64,000 bases of DNA from the human T2T-CHM13v2.0 reference genome, Homo sapiens: the NCBI RefSeq assembly GCF_009914755.1, contig NC_060929.1; one strand, 5' to 3'. The translations under genes and the position numbers were made by a program. Each line of letters opens with the position of its first letter. Within the stretch, counting starts at the first letter, position 1. The notes beneath the pieces are model-generated. The model saw only the letters and a list, made by a program, of their open reading frames with translations. It was not told the origin of the DNA and made no database searches. This document shows, piece by piece, positions 28,380-41,496 of this stretch.

Positions 28380-30990
28380 TACTCCAAGGAGTTGAAGAAT
28401 GGAGAGTTTTTGAGTCATTCTTCAATTGCTTTGACATTATCCTCAAGCACAGAAACCACATTACGTTTGAAGAATGTGCACATACAATCAATGAATGTGT
28501 CAGGAAAAAAAGATGAACATCACAAATAGGTCACTGGAATAGTACTGTTGGTGTTCATACCTACTGGGTATAGAGATAAATTATAGACCATGTCTTTGTA
28601 TGTATATGTGATTTAGTACACAAAGATACTTATTTTTGATACAATAATTGTGTAAGACCTGCAGGAGGGAAGATGGCAGGTTAAAGGCATTGATACCATA
28701 CCTCTCCCACTTGGAAGGACAAAATAGGGTGAACAGATTCACATAGTAAACTGTATTTCAAGAATTGACACAGAATTGAACAGGAAAACCAAAGAAATCT
28801 ATGGACTCTTTGAAGAAAGCAGGAGGCTGCTCCCTATTGGGTTGCTGCTTGCCCTGCACATGGAGACCCAGAGTACACACCTGCCGGACCCAGTCCCCTC
28901 ATGGCTTTGCCCTGCTACCTGCTCTGGTTCTGGTAGCTTAACACAAAAGACAGTATATCTTGGGAGATACATGGCCCTGACCATTGCCTGAGAAACTAGG
29001 TACCCACCCTGGGCAACATAAGGTAAGTAAAAATCTCACTGCTACTACCATAGCTGGTGCTCTTTTGCAAGCACCACATCCTGACTGGAGGCCAACCAAC
29101 TTAGTTCATTACAGTATATCCTGGAGAATAACACTGTGCCGAGGAAGGAGAAAATGGCTGTGTGATCTCAGATATCATTACTGCCTGAAGCAGTCTGGCT
29201 AACCAGGAGATCCTGAGTCTGTCCAGGTGATTAGTTCATTACTTTTATAACTGGTATTCAAGAAAGCCAACACACCAAGGTTATCAGTGACCAGGGAATT
29301 TCACAGGGTCTGTGTCACTCCCCTGCCACCCCCATTAGAGCTGGCACTGGCACCCACTGCTAGGAAACTTGAGGACAGGTCACATCACTGGATCCCTTAC
29401 AGACATTTCCCAACACCAGCCTGGAGTGGATGGCTAGACTCAGAGGAGCAACAACACTCATAGCAGTATGGCTTCCAGGGATCCCCACTCCTAGTGGAAG
29501 AGTGAGTATACCATATCAAGGGAACACCTTGTGGAACAAAAGAATCTGGACAACAGGTCTTGAGCACCAGATCCTTCCATTGTGGAAAGCTTCTTTCAGC
29601 AGAGGCACAACATAAATGCTGGGTTCAGCAGGGAAAATCTTCAGCCCTATCCCAACAGTCAGCTAGCCCTGGTGCATGAGAAGGGACTTGGAAAAGAGGA
29701 AGTCTTTCTCCCCCTGCCCACTACCATAGACACAGCTGGGGCTTCTTCCATGGGAGTTTGGCATGGGTGCAACTATAGACAGCCTTTCTGGAACATGTTA
29801 GGGTGACTGCACCCCCGCAGTAGGAGCACCCTCTAGATTTAGGTTTGCGTGAGAGACAGAGTCACAATTCCTCTCTGTTTGGAACATCAACATTCCTGCA
29901 GATGAAAAGAGGTGTCTGTCTTATCTGAATAGCTGGAGTGCTGGGTCAGAAGTGTGTCTGAGAGGTGGATAACATTCCTGCTGACTTGGCAGGGGAGCTA
30001 TGGTGGCTCCGACCTTTCCCCCAGATAAGACCTCTTAAAACTCATTGAGAGCTCCTCTAGCTGCCTCTATCAAGGCTAGGCCTTCATTTATTCACCTGCT
30101 TTAGCCACAGCAGGTTCCTACTGAGGGATACCTCTCCCACTGGCCTGAAGCCTGAACCATCAAACCAGTACATAAAATACTTGGGAAGAGAAATAAATAA
30201 GAAAGTGCATGCCATGGGAGAATGAGTTGTTTTAAGAGACTTCTACCATTCCAACCCCACAAGAGATAGTGAACTTGCTCACACAGAGTACATTGCTACT
30301 ACAACCAGCATATGAGAAAGCCATCATACAAAGACTCTCTATAACCAAAGAACTCTTACAGAGCCTTCTCCTTTGAAAGCACCAAGAACCAAATTAGGCT
30401 ATAATTAGTTGTAAGCATTAAATTCTCATCCTTAGGGGCAAAAAAGAAATGTAAAAACAAAAGAAACAGAGTCAAATCAAACATAAATTTAAGAATAATT
30501 AGGAGAAATAGTCTATCCAAATGAAAAGGAACCAGAAAAATAACTCTGGTAATATAAAAAACAGGGTGCTATAACTCCAATAAGATCACATTAGCACTCC
30601 AGCCATGAACCCAAACTAAGATGAAATCTTTGAAATACCAGATAAAGAATTTAGAAGATCAATTATTAAGCTACTCAAGGAGATAGCAGGCAAAGGTGAA
30701 AACCATCATAAAGAAGTTTAAAAGGCAGTTCAGGATATGAATGAAAAAATGTCTAGAGATAGATATCAAGAAAAACCAATCAGAACTTCTGGAAATAAGA
30801 CACACTGAGGGAATTATAAAATGCAGTGGAAAGTTTTAACAATAGACTAGAATAAGTAGAAGAAAGAATTTCAGAGCTGGAAGACAAGGCTTTTGAATTA
30901 GCCAAAACAGAAAAAAAATAAGAATCAAAAGAAACAAACAAAGACTCCAAGAAATATGGGATTATGTAAAATGGTCAAACCTAAGAATAA

Positions 30991-31033
30991 CTGGTGATAA
31001 AGTGTGACTCCGTCTAAAAAAAAAAAAAAAAAA
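30991..31033 (+). mobile_element. Alu 3'-terminal tip plus poly(A) at the L1 deletion junction
   Basis: ctggtgataaagtgtgactccgtct(A)18 resembles the Alu end cctggtgacagagtgagactccgtctc(A)n. Confidence 0.7.
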
Positions 31034-31210
31034 CAGGCCCAGGACCAGATGGATTCACTGCTGAATTCTGCCAGATATTCAGAGAAGAACTGGTGTCAAT
31101 CCCACTGAAACTGTTTGAAAAGATTAAGAAAAGAGTGCTCCCTAAATCATTCTATGAAGCTAGTATCACCCTCATACCAAAACCAGGAAAGGACACAAGA
31201 AAAAAAAAAC

Positions 31211-31613
31211 TGTTGCGGGAAGTCAGGGACCCCAAATGGAGGGACCCGCTGAAGCCATTAATACTTTCATAATTTCTTATGCCTGTCTTTACTGCAGTCT
31301 CTAAACATGAATTGTAAAGATTTCATGGACACTTATCACTTCCCCAATCAATACCCTTGTGATTTCCTATGCCTGTATTTACTTTAATGTCTTAAGCCTG
31401 TCAGCTGAGGAGGATGTATGTCGCCTCAGGACCATGTGATGATTGCATTAACTGCACAAATTGTACAGCATGTGTGTTTGAGCAATATGAAATGTGGGCA
31501 CCTTGAAAAAAGAACTGGATAACAGCAATTGTTCAGGGAATAAGAGAGATAACCTTAAACTCTGACCACCAGTGAGCAGGGCGGAACAGAGCCATATTTC
31601 TCTTCTTTCAAAA
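31211..31613 (+). mobile_element. MER11 (HERVK11 LTR), 5' ~400 bp only
   Basis: Canonical start tgttgcgggaagtcagggacccc; flanked by aaaaac on both sides within L1 ORF2. Confidence 0.9.
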
Positions 31614-33258
31614 AACTACACACCAATTTCTCTGATAAACACAGAAGCAAAACTTCTTAACAAAATATTAGCTAAGTGAATCCAAAAGCACATCAGAAAG
31701 ATAATTCATCATGATCAAGTGGGTTTTATCCAAGGGATGCAGGGATGGTTTAACATATGCAAGTCAATAAATGTGGTAAGCCACATAAACAGAATTATAA
31801 ACAAAAACCATATGATCATCTCAACAGATGCAGAAAAAGCATTTGACAAAACCCAGCACTGCTTTGTGATAAAAACTCTGAAAAAGCTAGGCATAGAAGG
31901 GACTACCTCAAAATATTAAAAGCCACATATGACAAACCAACAGCCAGTATTATACTGAATTGGGAAAAGTTGAAAGCATATCTTCCAAGAACAAGCCAAG
32001 GATGCCCACTTTCACCACTCCTATTCAACATAGTTCTGGAAGCCCTAGCCACAGCAGTTAAGCATGAGAAATAAATAAAGGGAATCCAAAATGGAAAAGA
32101 GGAGGTCAAACTCTTGCTGTTTGCAAATGATATGATTGTATACCTAGAAAATCCTAAAGACTCCTCCAAAAGACTCTTAGATTTGATAAATTAATTCAGT
32201 TAAGTCTTAGGTTACAAAATCATTGTACACAAATCAGTAGCACTGCTATACACCAACAATGACCAAGCTGAGAATCAAATAAAGAATTCAATCCCTTTTA
32301 CAACAGCTGCAAAAAATAGTAATAATAAAATACCTAGGAATATAATTAACCAAGGAGGTAAAAGATCTCTATGAGAACTACACAACACTGCTGAAAGAAA
32401 TCAGAGATAACACAAACAAATGAAAACATATATCATGCTCATGCATTGGAAGAATCAATATTGAGAAAAGGAACATACTACTCAAAGCAATCTAGAGATT
32501 TAATTCAATTCCCATCAAAATACCAACATCAGTTTTCACAGAATTAGAAAAAACAATCCTAAAATCCATATGGAATCAAAAAAGAGCCCAAATAGTCAAC
32601 ACAAACCTGAGCTAAAAGAAAAAATCTGGAGGCATCACATTACCAGATTTCAAATTATGCTATAAGGCTATAGTTACCAAAACAGAATCATACTGGTATA
32701 AAAGTAGGCACATAGACCAATGGAACATAATAGAGAATCCAGAAAAGAGGCCAAATATGTATAGCCAACTGATCTTCAACAAAGCATACAAAAACGTAAA
32801 TTGGGGAATGGGCACCCTATTTAATAAATGGTCCTGGGAAAACTAGTAAGCCACATGTAGAAGAATGAAACTGTATCCCAATCTCTCACTATATACAAAA
32901 ATCAACTCAAGATGGATCAAAGACTTAAATCTAAGACCTGAAACCATAAAAATTCTAGAAGACAACATTGGAAAAATTATTCTACATTTGCCTAGGCAAA
33001 TAATTCATGACTAAGACCCCAAAAGCAAATGCAACAAGAACACAAATAAATAAATGGGACCTAATTAAACAAAAAAGCTTCTGCACAGCAAAATAAATAA
33101 TAAACAGACAACCCACAGAATGGGTGAAAGTATTTGCAAACTACACATCCAGCAAAGGACTAGTATCCAGAATCTACAGAGAACGCAAATCACCAAGGGA
33201 AAACAACAACAACAACAACAACTAATCCCATTAAAAAGTTGGCAAAGGACATGAATGA

Positions 33259-33642
<384 letters not shown>

Positions 33643-34939
33643 TAAAACCACAATGAGATACCACTTTATTCCTTCAGAATGGCCATTATTAAAAAGTCAA
33701 AAAATAATAGATGTTGGCATGGATATCGGGAAAAGGGCACTTGTACATTGCTGGTGGGAATGTAAATGAATACACCCTCTGTATAAAACAGTATAGAGAT
33801 TCCTTAAAGAGCTAAAAGTAGATCTACAATTAGATCCAGGAATCCCACTGTTGGGTATCCACCCAAAGGAAAAAGAGTCATTATATGAAAAAGATACTTG
33901 CACACATATGTTTATAGCAGACAATTCACAATTGTAAAGATGTGGAACCAACCTAAGTGTCCATAGAATAATCTCTTCACATAGAATAATCTCTAATCTA
34001 ATTATTCTATGTGAAGTAATTTTTCACATAGAATAATCTCTAATCTAATTATTTTATGTGAAGTAACACAGGAGTGGAAAACCAAAACCAATATGTTCTC
34101 ACTTACAAGTAGGAGCTAAGCTATGAGTAAACAAAGGCATATAGACTGATATAATAGATTTTAGAGACTCAGAAGGGGGAGAGTGAGAGAGGGATAGGGA
34201 TAAAAAAACCCCAATAAATTAGGTGCAATGTACACTACTTGGGTGTTGAGTGCACTAAAATCTCAGAATTCACCACTAATTCATCCATGTAACAAAAAAC
34301 ATTTGTAGCCTAAAAGCTATTGACATAAAACATTTAAAAACCTACACAAGGGCTACTATTCATTACTAGGGGAAAAGTATGTAAATATGAAGAATGGGTA
34401 AATATGTTCATTTATTCATTTGGGAGATTGTTTGCTGTTTGCCTGTAAACACAAGGTAAGTCTCCTGTGGTAGGTCCAGGTAAGATCTGCTGTATTCTAT
34501 CCTTACAGACCACAAATGTCTTATAAAGTTACATTATGATTATACATGTGCAAAGCCCAGTTGTTACAAACTTATGGAAGTTTTGCAAGATAGCATTGAT
34601 GGGGTTGATAGAAAACATGTCAGAAAACAAAATGTTACATCCTTGTATGCGACTTGCTAATGTCAGTCTTTCCAACTATACAAGGTAGTTAAGTAGGCTG
34701 TTCAGAGTTATGTGGTTGGGGACATATGAAACTTGGCATAGACAGGCAAAACCTCAGGGATCATACATGAGGAATTAAGTAGACTTGAAAAACTGTGCTC
34801 ACGAAATTCCCCTATCTGCTATTTCCTAGTATAAATTTTTGAGAATAAATAATTTGTACTTATCACAGTAAACTAACACTTCCATTGTTTGTTTGTATGT
34901 GCATGTGTGTTAAAGTACTTATTTTTCATGTATATATAT

Positions 34940-35082
34940 ATTTTTATTATACTTTAAGTTCTAGGGTACATGTGCACAACGTGCAGGTTTGTTACCTATG
35001 TATACATGTGTCATGTTGGTGTGCCGCACCCATTAACTTGTCATTTACATTAGGTGTATATCCTAATGCTATCCCTCCCCCA
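34940..35082 (-). mobile_element. L1PA (L1PA4/5-like) 3' end, ~140 bp
   Basis: ttattatactttaagttctagggtacatgtgcacaacgtgcagg...atgctatccctccccc. Confidence 0.92.
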
Positions 35083-35149
35083 TCTTTAAGCTCTCTATCC
35101 ATTTTTAGGCAGGATTATCCTTTCCCCATCTTGCTATTATTCATTGATA

Positions 35150-35460
35150 GCTGGGTTCTTAGAAGCAAACTACACATAAATGGATGGATCTTGTTGGCTC
35201 ATAGGAGAAGTAAATCTGTGTCTTTCATCCTCTTTGGACCAGTGGGGAGGACATGTCCTGTTCTTCCCATGACAATGACAGAGGCACAAGAGGGAGCACT
35301 TCTTAACTGCTCAAGCACATTTCATGCTCTTGCTTGGCTTGTGTCTATTAACCAGTTGGCCAAAAAAAATCACATGACAAAACCAAAGCGAAAGGCTGGG
35401 AAATGCCACATGCACATCCAGGGCAGAAGGTATGGTCAGAAAAGACTTGAGAAGACCCAA
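35150..35460 (-). mobile_element. MLT1L-like LTR fragment
   Basis: gttcttcccatgacaatgacagaggcacaagagg...ttggccaaa...tcacatgacaaaaccaaag. Confidence 0.65.
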
Positions 35461-35474
35461 ACATTTCACCTCTG

Positions 35475-36350
35475 ACTCATCCCTGGGTTCAGTGCAAGCA
35501 GGAATCAAAGGCTAAGGCAGGGTTGTAAATAGCCTAATTAAATATTGAAGGAGGGAACCAGTGTAGAGCAAATCTGCAAAAACTGGGAGAGCGTTTCTTT
35601 TTCTTTCTTTATTCCTTCTTTTCTTTTCCTTCTCCTCCACCTTCCCTCCACCTTCTACTTTTCTTCTCTGTCCTTTCAACTGGCTTCTGGCATTCTGGAG
35701 TTCAAGAAAATCTGTCAAAACAATAGCTAAATCCAAACTAAAGGGGCAGAGACTTCAGACTCCACATATTACAAAGAATACAGACTTCACAAAAAATAGT
35801 TTAGAAAAGTCATTAAACAAATAGCTAGTGCCTACAATAAACTACAAAAGGCTCTGAGGAAGGGGATGAATGAGATTTCTAGAATTGCCACATTATAATA
35901 TTCAAAATGTCCATTTTTTTCAAGGGCATTAGGCTGAGCAAAAAAAGCCATTCTTAAATGGTCACATGCTGTATAACTCAATTTGTTAACCTTCTTAATG
36001 TCACAAAATTATAGAGATGGAGAACAAATTAATTGCTGGTAGGTGTTAGGGATGGTGGGGAGGAAGGGAATAGGTGTGTGCTACATCTCCTCAGGGAAGC
36101 ATCTGGAAGATCTTTCAGCTCTGTATCTTGATTGTGATGGTGGCAATATGAATCGACATACATGATAATGTGATGTGAAAATATACACACACATTAGACC
36201 AGTATCAGTTTTCTTGCTTTGATATTGTACTATCATTCTATAAGAAATAATCATTGGGACATGACAGGTGAAGAGTATATGGGAACTGTCTGTGCTATCT
36301 TTGCAACTTTCTGTGAATCCGTAATTAGTTCAAAATAAAAATAAATGTTT
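35475..36350 (+). mobile_element. L1MD-like 5' and 3' fragments
   Basis: gcagagacttcag...agaattgccacattata; 3' end ctgtatcttgattgtgatgg...gcaactttctgtgaatc...aaataaaa. Confidence 0.7.
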
Positions 36351-39099
36351 TTTAAAAATGGAAACTTAAAACATTATATTTTATAATTAGATATTAATGA
36401 GTTATAGGAAAGCTATTGATTTTGGGATTAACATCTATATCCAGCCTTTTAAAGAAATTTTCACTAGCACTGATTTGTTTTTTTCTTTTTCATTGTATAA
36501 CCCATTACTTCAAAAAAGATAGTTTTTAACTTTTCCTTTCTGATATTAATCCCTGGTTAATTTCTCTTTTATTTTCTTGCTGAATTGTTTTGACATTAAG
36601 CGCGATAATGAAAAATAAAAGTAGTAGCAGACATTCTTGGGTTTTTTCCCCTGGTTTTAAAAAGAATTTCTTTTCATTTTCATACTTACCGCTAAGTATG
36701 ATGCCTACTATAGGGATCTTCTAGATTCTCTTTATTTTGTTAAAAAAATTATTTCTATTCTTGATTATATTTGTGTTTACACCTTATATATACTATCTTT
36801 TGAAATTTTATATGTCGATATTTTATGTGGTCCATTTTATGTACTATGACTTTTAAGTCCTAAACTTCCTAAATAAGTTTCTAATGATAGTAGATTAGAT
36901 ATATTTGCCCATTAGTATTATTTTTTATGCTTTCTAAATTAAGGCAAAAGCACACAGAAGGGTAGGTTCAGAGTGATGAATAGGTAAATATGACTTTGTT
37001 TCCAAATCTGTCAAGGAAATTCCACATTGGTATCTTGTAGCTGTAATCAGGTTTATTTTATGAGAATCACATTAACTTTTCTAGCGTCTCCTGTGAAATA
37101 AAGAATCTGTTGTCTTGAGTTTTCAACCTATTTTTATTGCTAATTTAAGTAAATCAATTAAGATCTTGAGACCTTGGTTTGGCCTTGTATACAGTGGGGG
37201 ACAATTTTACCTTTCTTTACCCATCTCATAGGGCTATTAGGAAAATAAAGTCATAATAGTAAGAAAAGGAAAGTTATTTATAGATAAAATATATTATTCT
37301 TGTTACTTTTATCATTATTAGATTAAATCTCAGAGAATGAGTAATTCTGGTTTTCAGTCTTGTTTATTCCTTTTATAGCTGAGTACACACAGTCTTTGAG
37401 GGTTTATGTCATTGTATAGATAACCAAACAAAAATGGATAATTTTTACTCAATTTAAATATATATGACCTCTGTCCCCATTGTTTCCCATCTTTCTGATA
37501 TTATCTATTAGGCTACCTTGCTTTGGCCCTTCCAAGTGTCCTCTCAGAACCTTTTTGCATCTAATAAGTTTTCCAGAGATGAGTCACAAATTACATTGTC
37601 TAAGAGAGTCAGCTAACCTGATTTAAGACCTCATTGAGTCTTATATAGATATTATCTTCTATGATTAGCTCTCTTCATTAGTGCTGATAGCCTGTTCTGC
37701 TTGAACAGTTGCATAAGTTGGTTTCGCAACCTCAGCTGGTTAGAGTTGCTATAAAACTGAGTTTTTAGACGTTTATATTGATAACTTATATAGATGACAC
37801 TTATATTGATGATTATATAAAACTCGGCTTGCTTTGATACTACCTAAAATTTATATACTATAGGGAGGCCTCTGGCCAGGGGAAATATTTTACTCTATTG
37901 ACATTATCTCTTCTGTACTAGTGGTTCAACCCATATTTTTTATTTTTCTTTCAGTTCCATGCCAAAGTCAAGTTGCAATATACTGCTTAGTCCTGTTCCT
38001 CTGCCTCTTGAAAATACAAAAGAAAAATCATAACAATTTAAGCATTCTGTGTGATTTTATGCTTCTGAGTGAAATGTTGGCATTCCTATATTTCCTGAAA
38101 GTATTTGCACTATTGATCTCATAACAGCTCCTCCAATGCTTACTAGCTTGTCCAAGGACTTGAGCCCTATGGATAGTATCTTCATGAGATTCAAATAATT
38201 AAAAGACAAAGAGGTCAATGATTGGTGCCAGGCTAGTGGTCAAGCTAAACCATTGGAATGAGAGTCTCTGAACCATATTAATGAAAGATCTGAAGTCAAT
38301 TTCTGCTTAATAGGCAACAGATTAAATTGGAAAAAAATAAGAATAAATTCAGGGGAAAAAGGAGGGGGAGAAAAACCTTGTTTATTTCCATTGTAATTTA
38401 TCAAGTTTTCTTTTTGTTAAAGCTGGGAAAAAGAACAATGACATGTAATTCTTTCTGGATATTGAATATTCAGAAAGAGATCATGTCTGAATGGCTAAAA
38501 GTCATTCCTGTGGAGATATTGTTCTCAGCAAATTAAGATCTGATTATGACAGCAATACCGTCTAGCGACACTGCTAGTAATATCCTGTTAGAAAATGTGT
38601 TAATCTGTACAACAGGCAACTTCCTGGTTTTGAAAAAAATATTTTTACTTTCCATCAATTTAAAAGACAAAAGATCTAGATACAAGAAATATGAATGTTA
38701 TTTTGCTGTATGTTTGGAACTCAAATTCTTGGGAAATGTTTCATTTGAAGACGAAGAAGAGCTAGAAATTTCAATTTGATAACTCTTCATTCACATTGGG
38801 CCACCTAATCTCTCTGCTTCCCCTATTTGCCACTATCTGGCCCTGCCTTTCTTCCCAATGTTTGATAGTGAGAAAATTCTAGAAGCTATAATGGAAGCAG
38901 ATGGAAGTGACTTATGCCTGTCAGGAGTGGTTGTGGAGGAAGAAGTACCCTCAGAGCCTTCTTTCACTGCACATTTAAAAAAATTGTTGTTGACTTTGTC
39001 CTTTATTAAAATGTATGTTTACCTTTTGAAACCGATAAAATCAGCCAGTTATTTATAGAATGCTTCTCAATTTGGATTTCTATAATGTTTCTCCAGGAC

Positions 39100-39610
39100 T
39101 TTTTCTTTCATTTTTAGTTCATGTGTAATAATTGCACATATTTATGGGATACAAGGTGATATACTGATACATGCATGCAATGCTTAATGATCAAATCAGG
39201 GTAATTAAGATATTCATCATCTTAAACATTTGTCCTTTGTTTTGGGAACACTGAAAACCTTCTCTTCTAGGTGTTTGAAAATATACAAGGAATTGTTGTT
39301 ATACTCACTATACAGTGCTATAGAACACTAGAACTTATTCTTCCTACCCAGCTGTAATTTTGTATCTATTAATGAACCTCTCCTATCTTTCCCTCCCCGC
39401 AACACTTCCCAGCGTCTAATACCATAATTTTCCTCTTTACTTCTGTAAGGTTAAATTTTTTTAGCTCCCTCATATGAGTGAGAACCTGTGACATTTATCT
39501 TTTTGTGTCTGACTTGTTTCACTTAACATAATGTCCTCTAGGCTTATCCATGTTGCTGTGAATGACAGGATTTCATTATTTTTTTCGTGGCTGAATAGTA
39601 TTCTACTGTA
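39100..39610 (-). mobile_element. L1MA (L1MA5/6-like) 3' end
   Basis: aatgatcaaatcagggtaatt...atagaacactagaacttattc...gaatgacaggatttcatt. Confidence 0.88.
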
Positions 39611-40100
39611 TCTTCTTTCAGAATGTCTTCTTTCTTTATGAAAAGATTTCTCTCTAATATAACATTGAAAGTGCCTTCACCATTGTGGATGCTTTAAAAA
39701 TTGATAATTTAATTTTTGTTGGTTTTGACCTGGTTTCAATGAATGTACTCAGCACATTCAGCCTAATAATTGATTTAAATTAATATTTATCTTACACCCA
39801 TGCTGGGATCCTTTATGTAATCTTGAATCATTTGATCCTTGTGCTTCTTGCTATTAAACCATCTGTTGTACCTTTGCTTTTCTTTTTCTCTTATGACTCT
39901 GCCTCCTTCCTTCTTACTTCATTCTATATCTTGTTTTTTTAAAAAATCCATCTTTCTCCTTTTTCTTAATTCAAGTTTATTTAGTTCCCCTCTTTCTCTT
40001 ATTCTTGCACATCCTAGCGAGAACAAAATCTGTGAGAAGAGAGAGAAATATTTCTCTTCTAGATGAGAGAGAAAATTACATTTAAAAATTCCATTTTGCC

Positions 40101-40187
40101 TGCTGACCGAATCAGAGCCTCACTGTGAGAAAGAAATGGATGCTCAGGAAAGCAAGGTGCCTCTGGGATGTGAGAAAAGGTGGGTCA
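40101..40187 (+). repeat. Direct repeat copy A (partner 42011-42098)
   Basis: aatcagagcctcactgtgagaaagaaatggatgctcaggaaagcaaggtgcctctgggatgtgagaaaaggtgggtca; ~92% identical to copy B over a 78-nt core. Confidence 0.93.
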
Positions 40188-40199
40188 TGAAAAGGCAAG

Positions 40200-40579
40200 T
40201 GCATTAGTTTGCTAGGACTGCTAGAACAAAGTACCACAGATTGGGCAGCTTAAGCAACAGAAATTTAGTTTCAGTTCTGGAAGCTAGAAGCCAAAAATCA
40301 AGATATTGGTTCTTCTGAGAGCTTTCTCCTTGGGATGAAGATGGCCATCCTCTCCTCCCCGTGTTTTCACATAATCTCCCTCTATGTGTATCTGTGTCTT
40401 ATTCTCTTCTTCATATAAGTCACCGGTCAGATTGGACTAGAGCCCACTCCAATGGCCTTATGTAACCATAATTACCTTTTTAAGCACTATTTCCAAAGAC
40501 ATTTTAAGTCTTTGGGTTTTAGGGTTAGAACTTCAACACAAATTTTTTTGTTGGGGGTGCAATTCAGCAAGTTATACCA
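40200..40579 (-). mobile_element. MLT1A/MLT1A0 solo LTR
   Basis: tgcattagtttgctaggactgc...aaagtaccacagattggg...gggttagaacttcaacac. Confidence 0.85.
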
Positions 40580-40719
40580 AAAATAAATTTGTTTTCTAGT
40601 ATGTAAAGTGCTTTACTCATTTTTCCCCTGCAGCATGTGTATGAAGTCACATACACTTTTATATTAAGCTTTAATATCACTTCCTCAAAGCAATGAGTTT
40701 TCAAAGGCTAATACACACA

Positions 40720-41496
40720 GGTGGTGGTGGTGGTGGTGGTGATGGTGGTGGTGGTGGTGGTGGTGGTGATGGTGGTGGTGGTGATGGTGGTGGTGATGGT
40801 GGTGGTGATGGTGGTGGTGGTGGTGGTGGTGGTGATGGTGGTGGTGGTGGTGATGGTGGTGATGGTGGTGGTGGTGGTGATGGTGGTGGTGGTGATGGTG
40901 GTGGTGATGGTGGTGGTGATGGTGGTGGTGGTGGTGGTGATGGTGGTGGTGGTGGTGGTGGTGGTGATGGTGGTGGTGGTGATGGTGGTGGTGGTGGTGA
41001 TGGTGGTGGTGGTGATGGTGGTGGTGGTGGTGGTGGTGGTGGTGATGGTGGTGGTGGTGGTGGTGGTGATGGTGGTGGTGGTGGTGGTGATGGTGGTGGT
41101 GGTGGTGATGGTGGTGGTGGTGGTGGTGGTGGTGATGGTGGTGATGGTGGTGGTGGTGGTGATGGTGGTGATGGTGGTGGTGGTGATGGTGGTGGTGGTG
41201 GTGATGGTGGTGGTGGTGGTGGTGGTGGTGGTGGTGGTGATGGTGGTGGTGGTGGTGGTGGTGGTGATGGTGGTGATGGTGGTGGTGGTGATGGTGGTGG
41301 TGGTGGTGATGGTGGTGGTGGTGGTGGTGGTGGTGATGGTGGTGGTGGTGGTGGTGGTGATGGTGGTGGTGGTGGTGGTGGTGGTGGTGGTGGTGGTGAT
41401 GGTGGTGATGGTGGTGGTGGTGATGGTGGTGGTGGTGGTGGTGGTGGTGGTGGTGGTGGTGGTGATGGTGGTGGTGGTGGTGGTGGTGGTGGTGGT
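40720..41496. repeat. Interrupted trinucleotide array of 259 triplets: 221 GGT and 38 single GAT
   Basis: 777 bp containing only GGT and GAT in one phase; no indels or other triplets. Confidence 0.99.
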
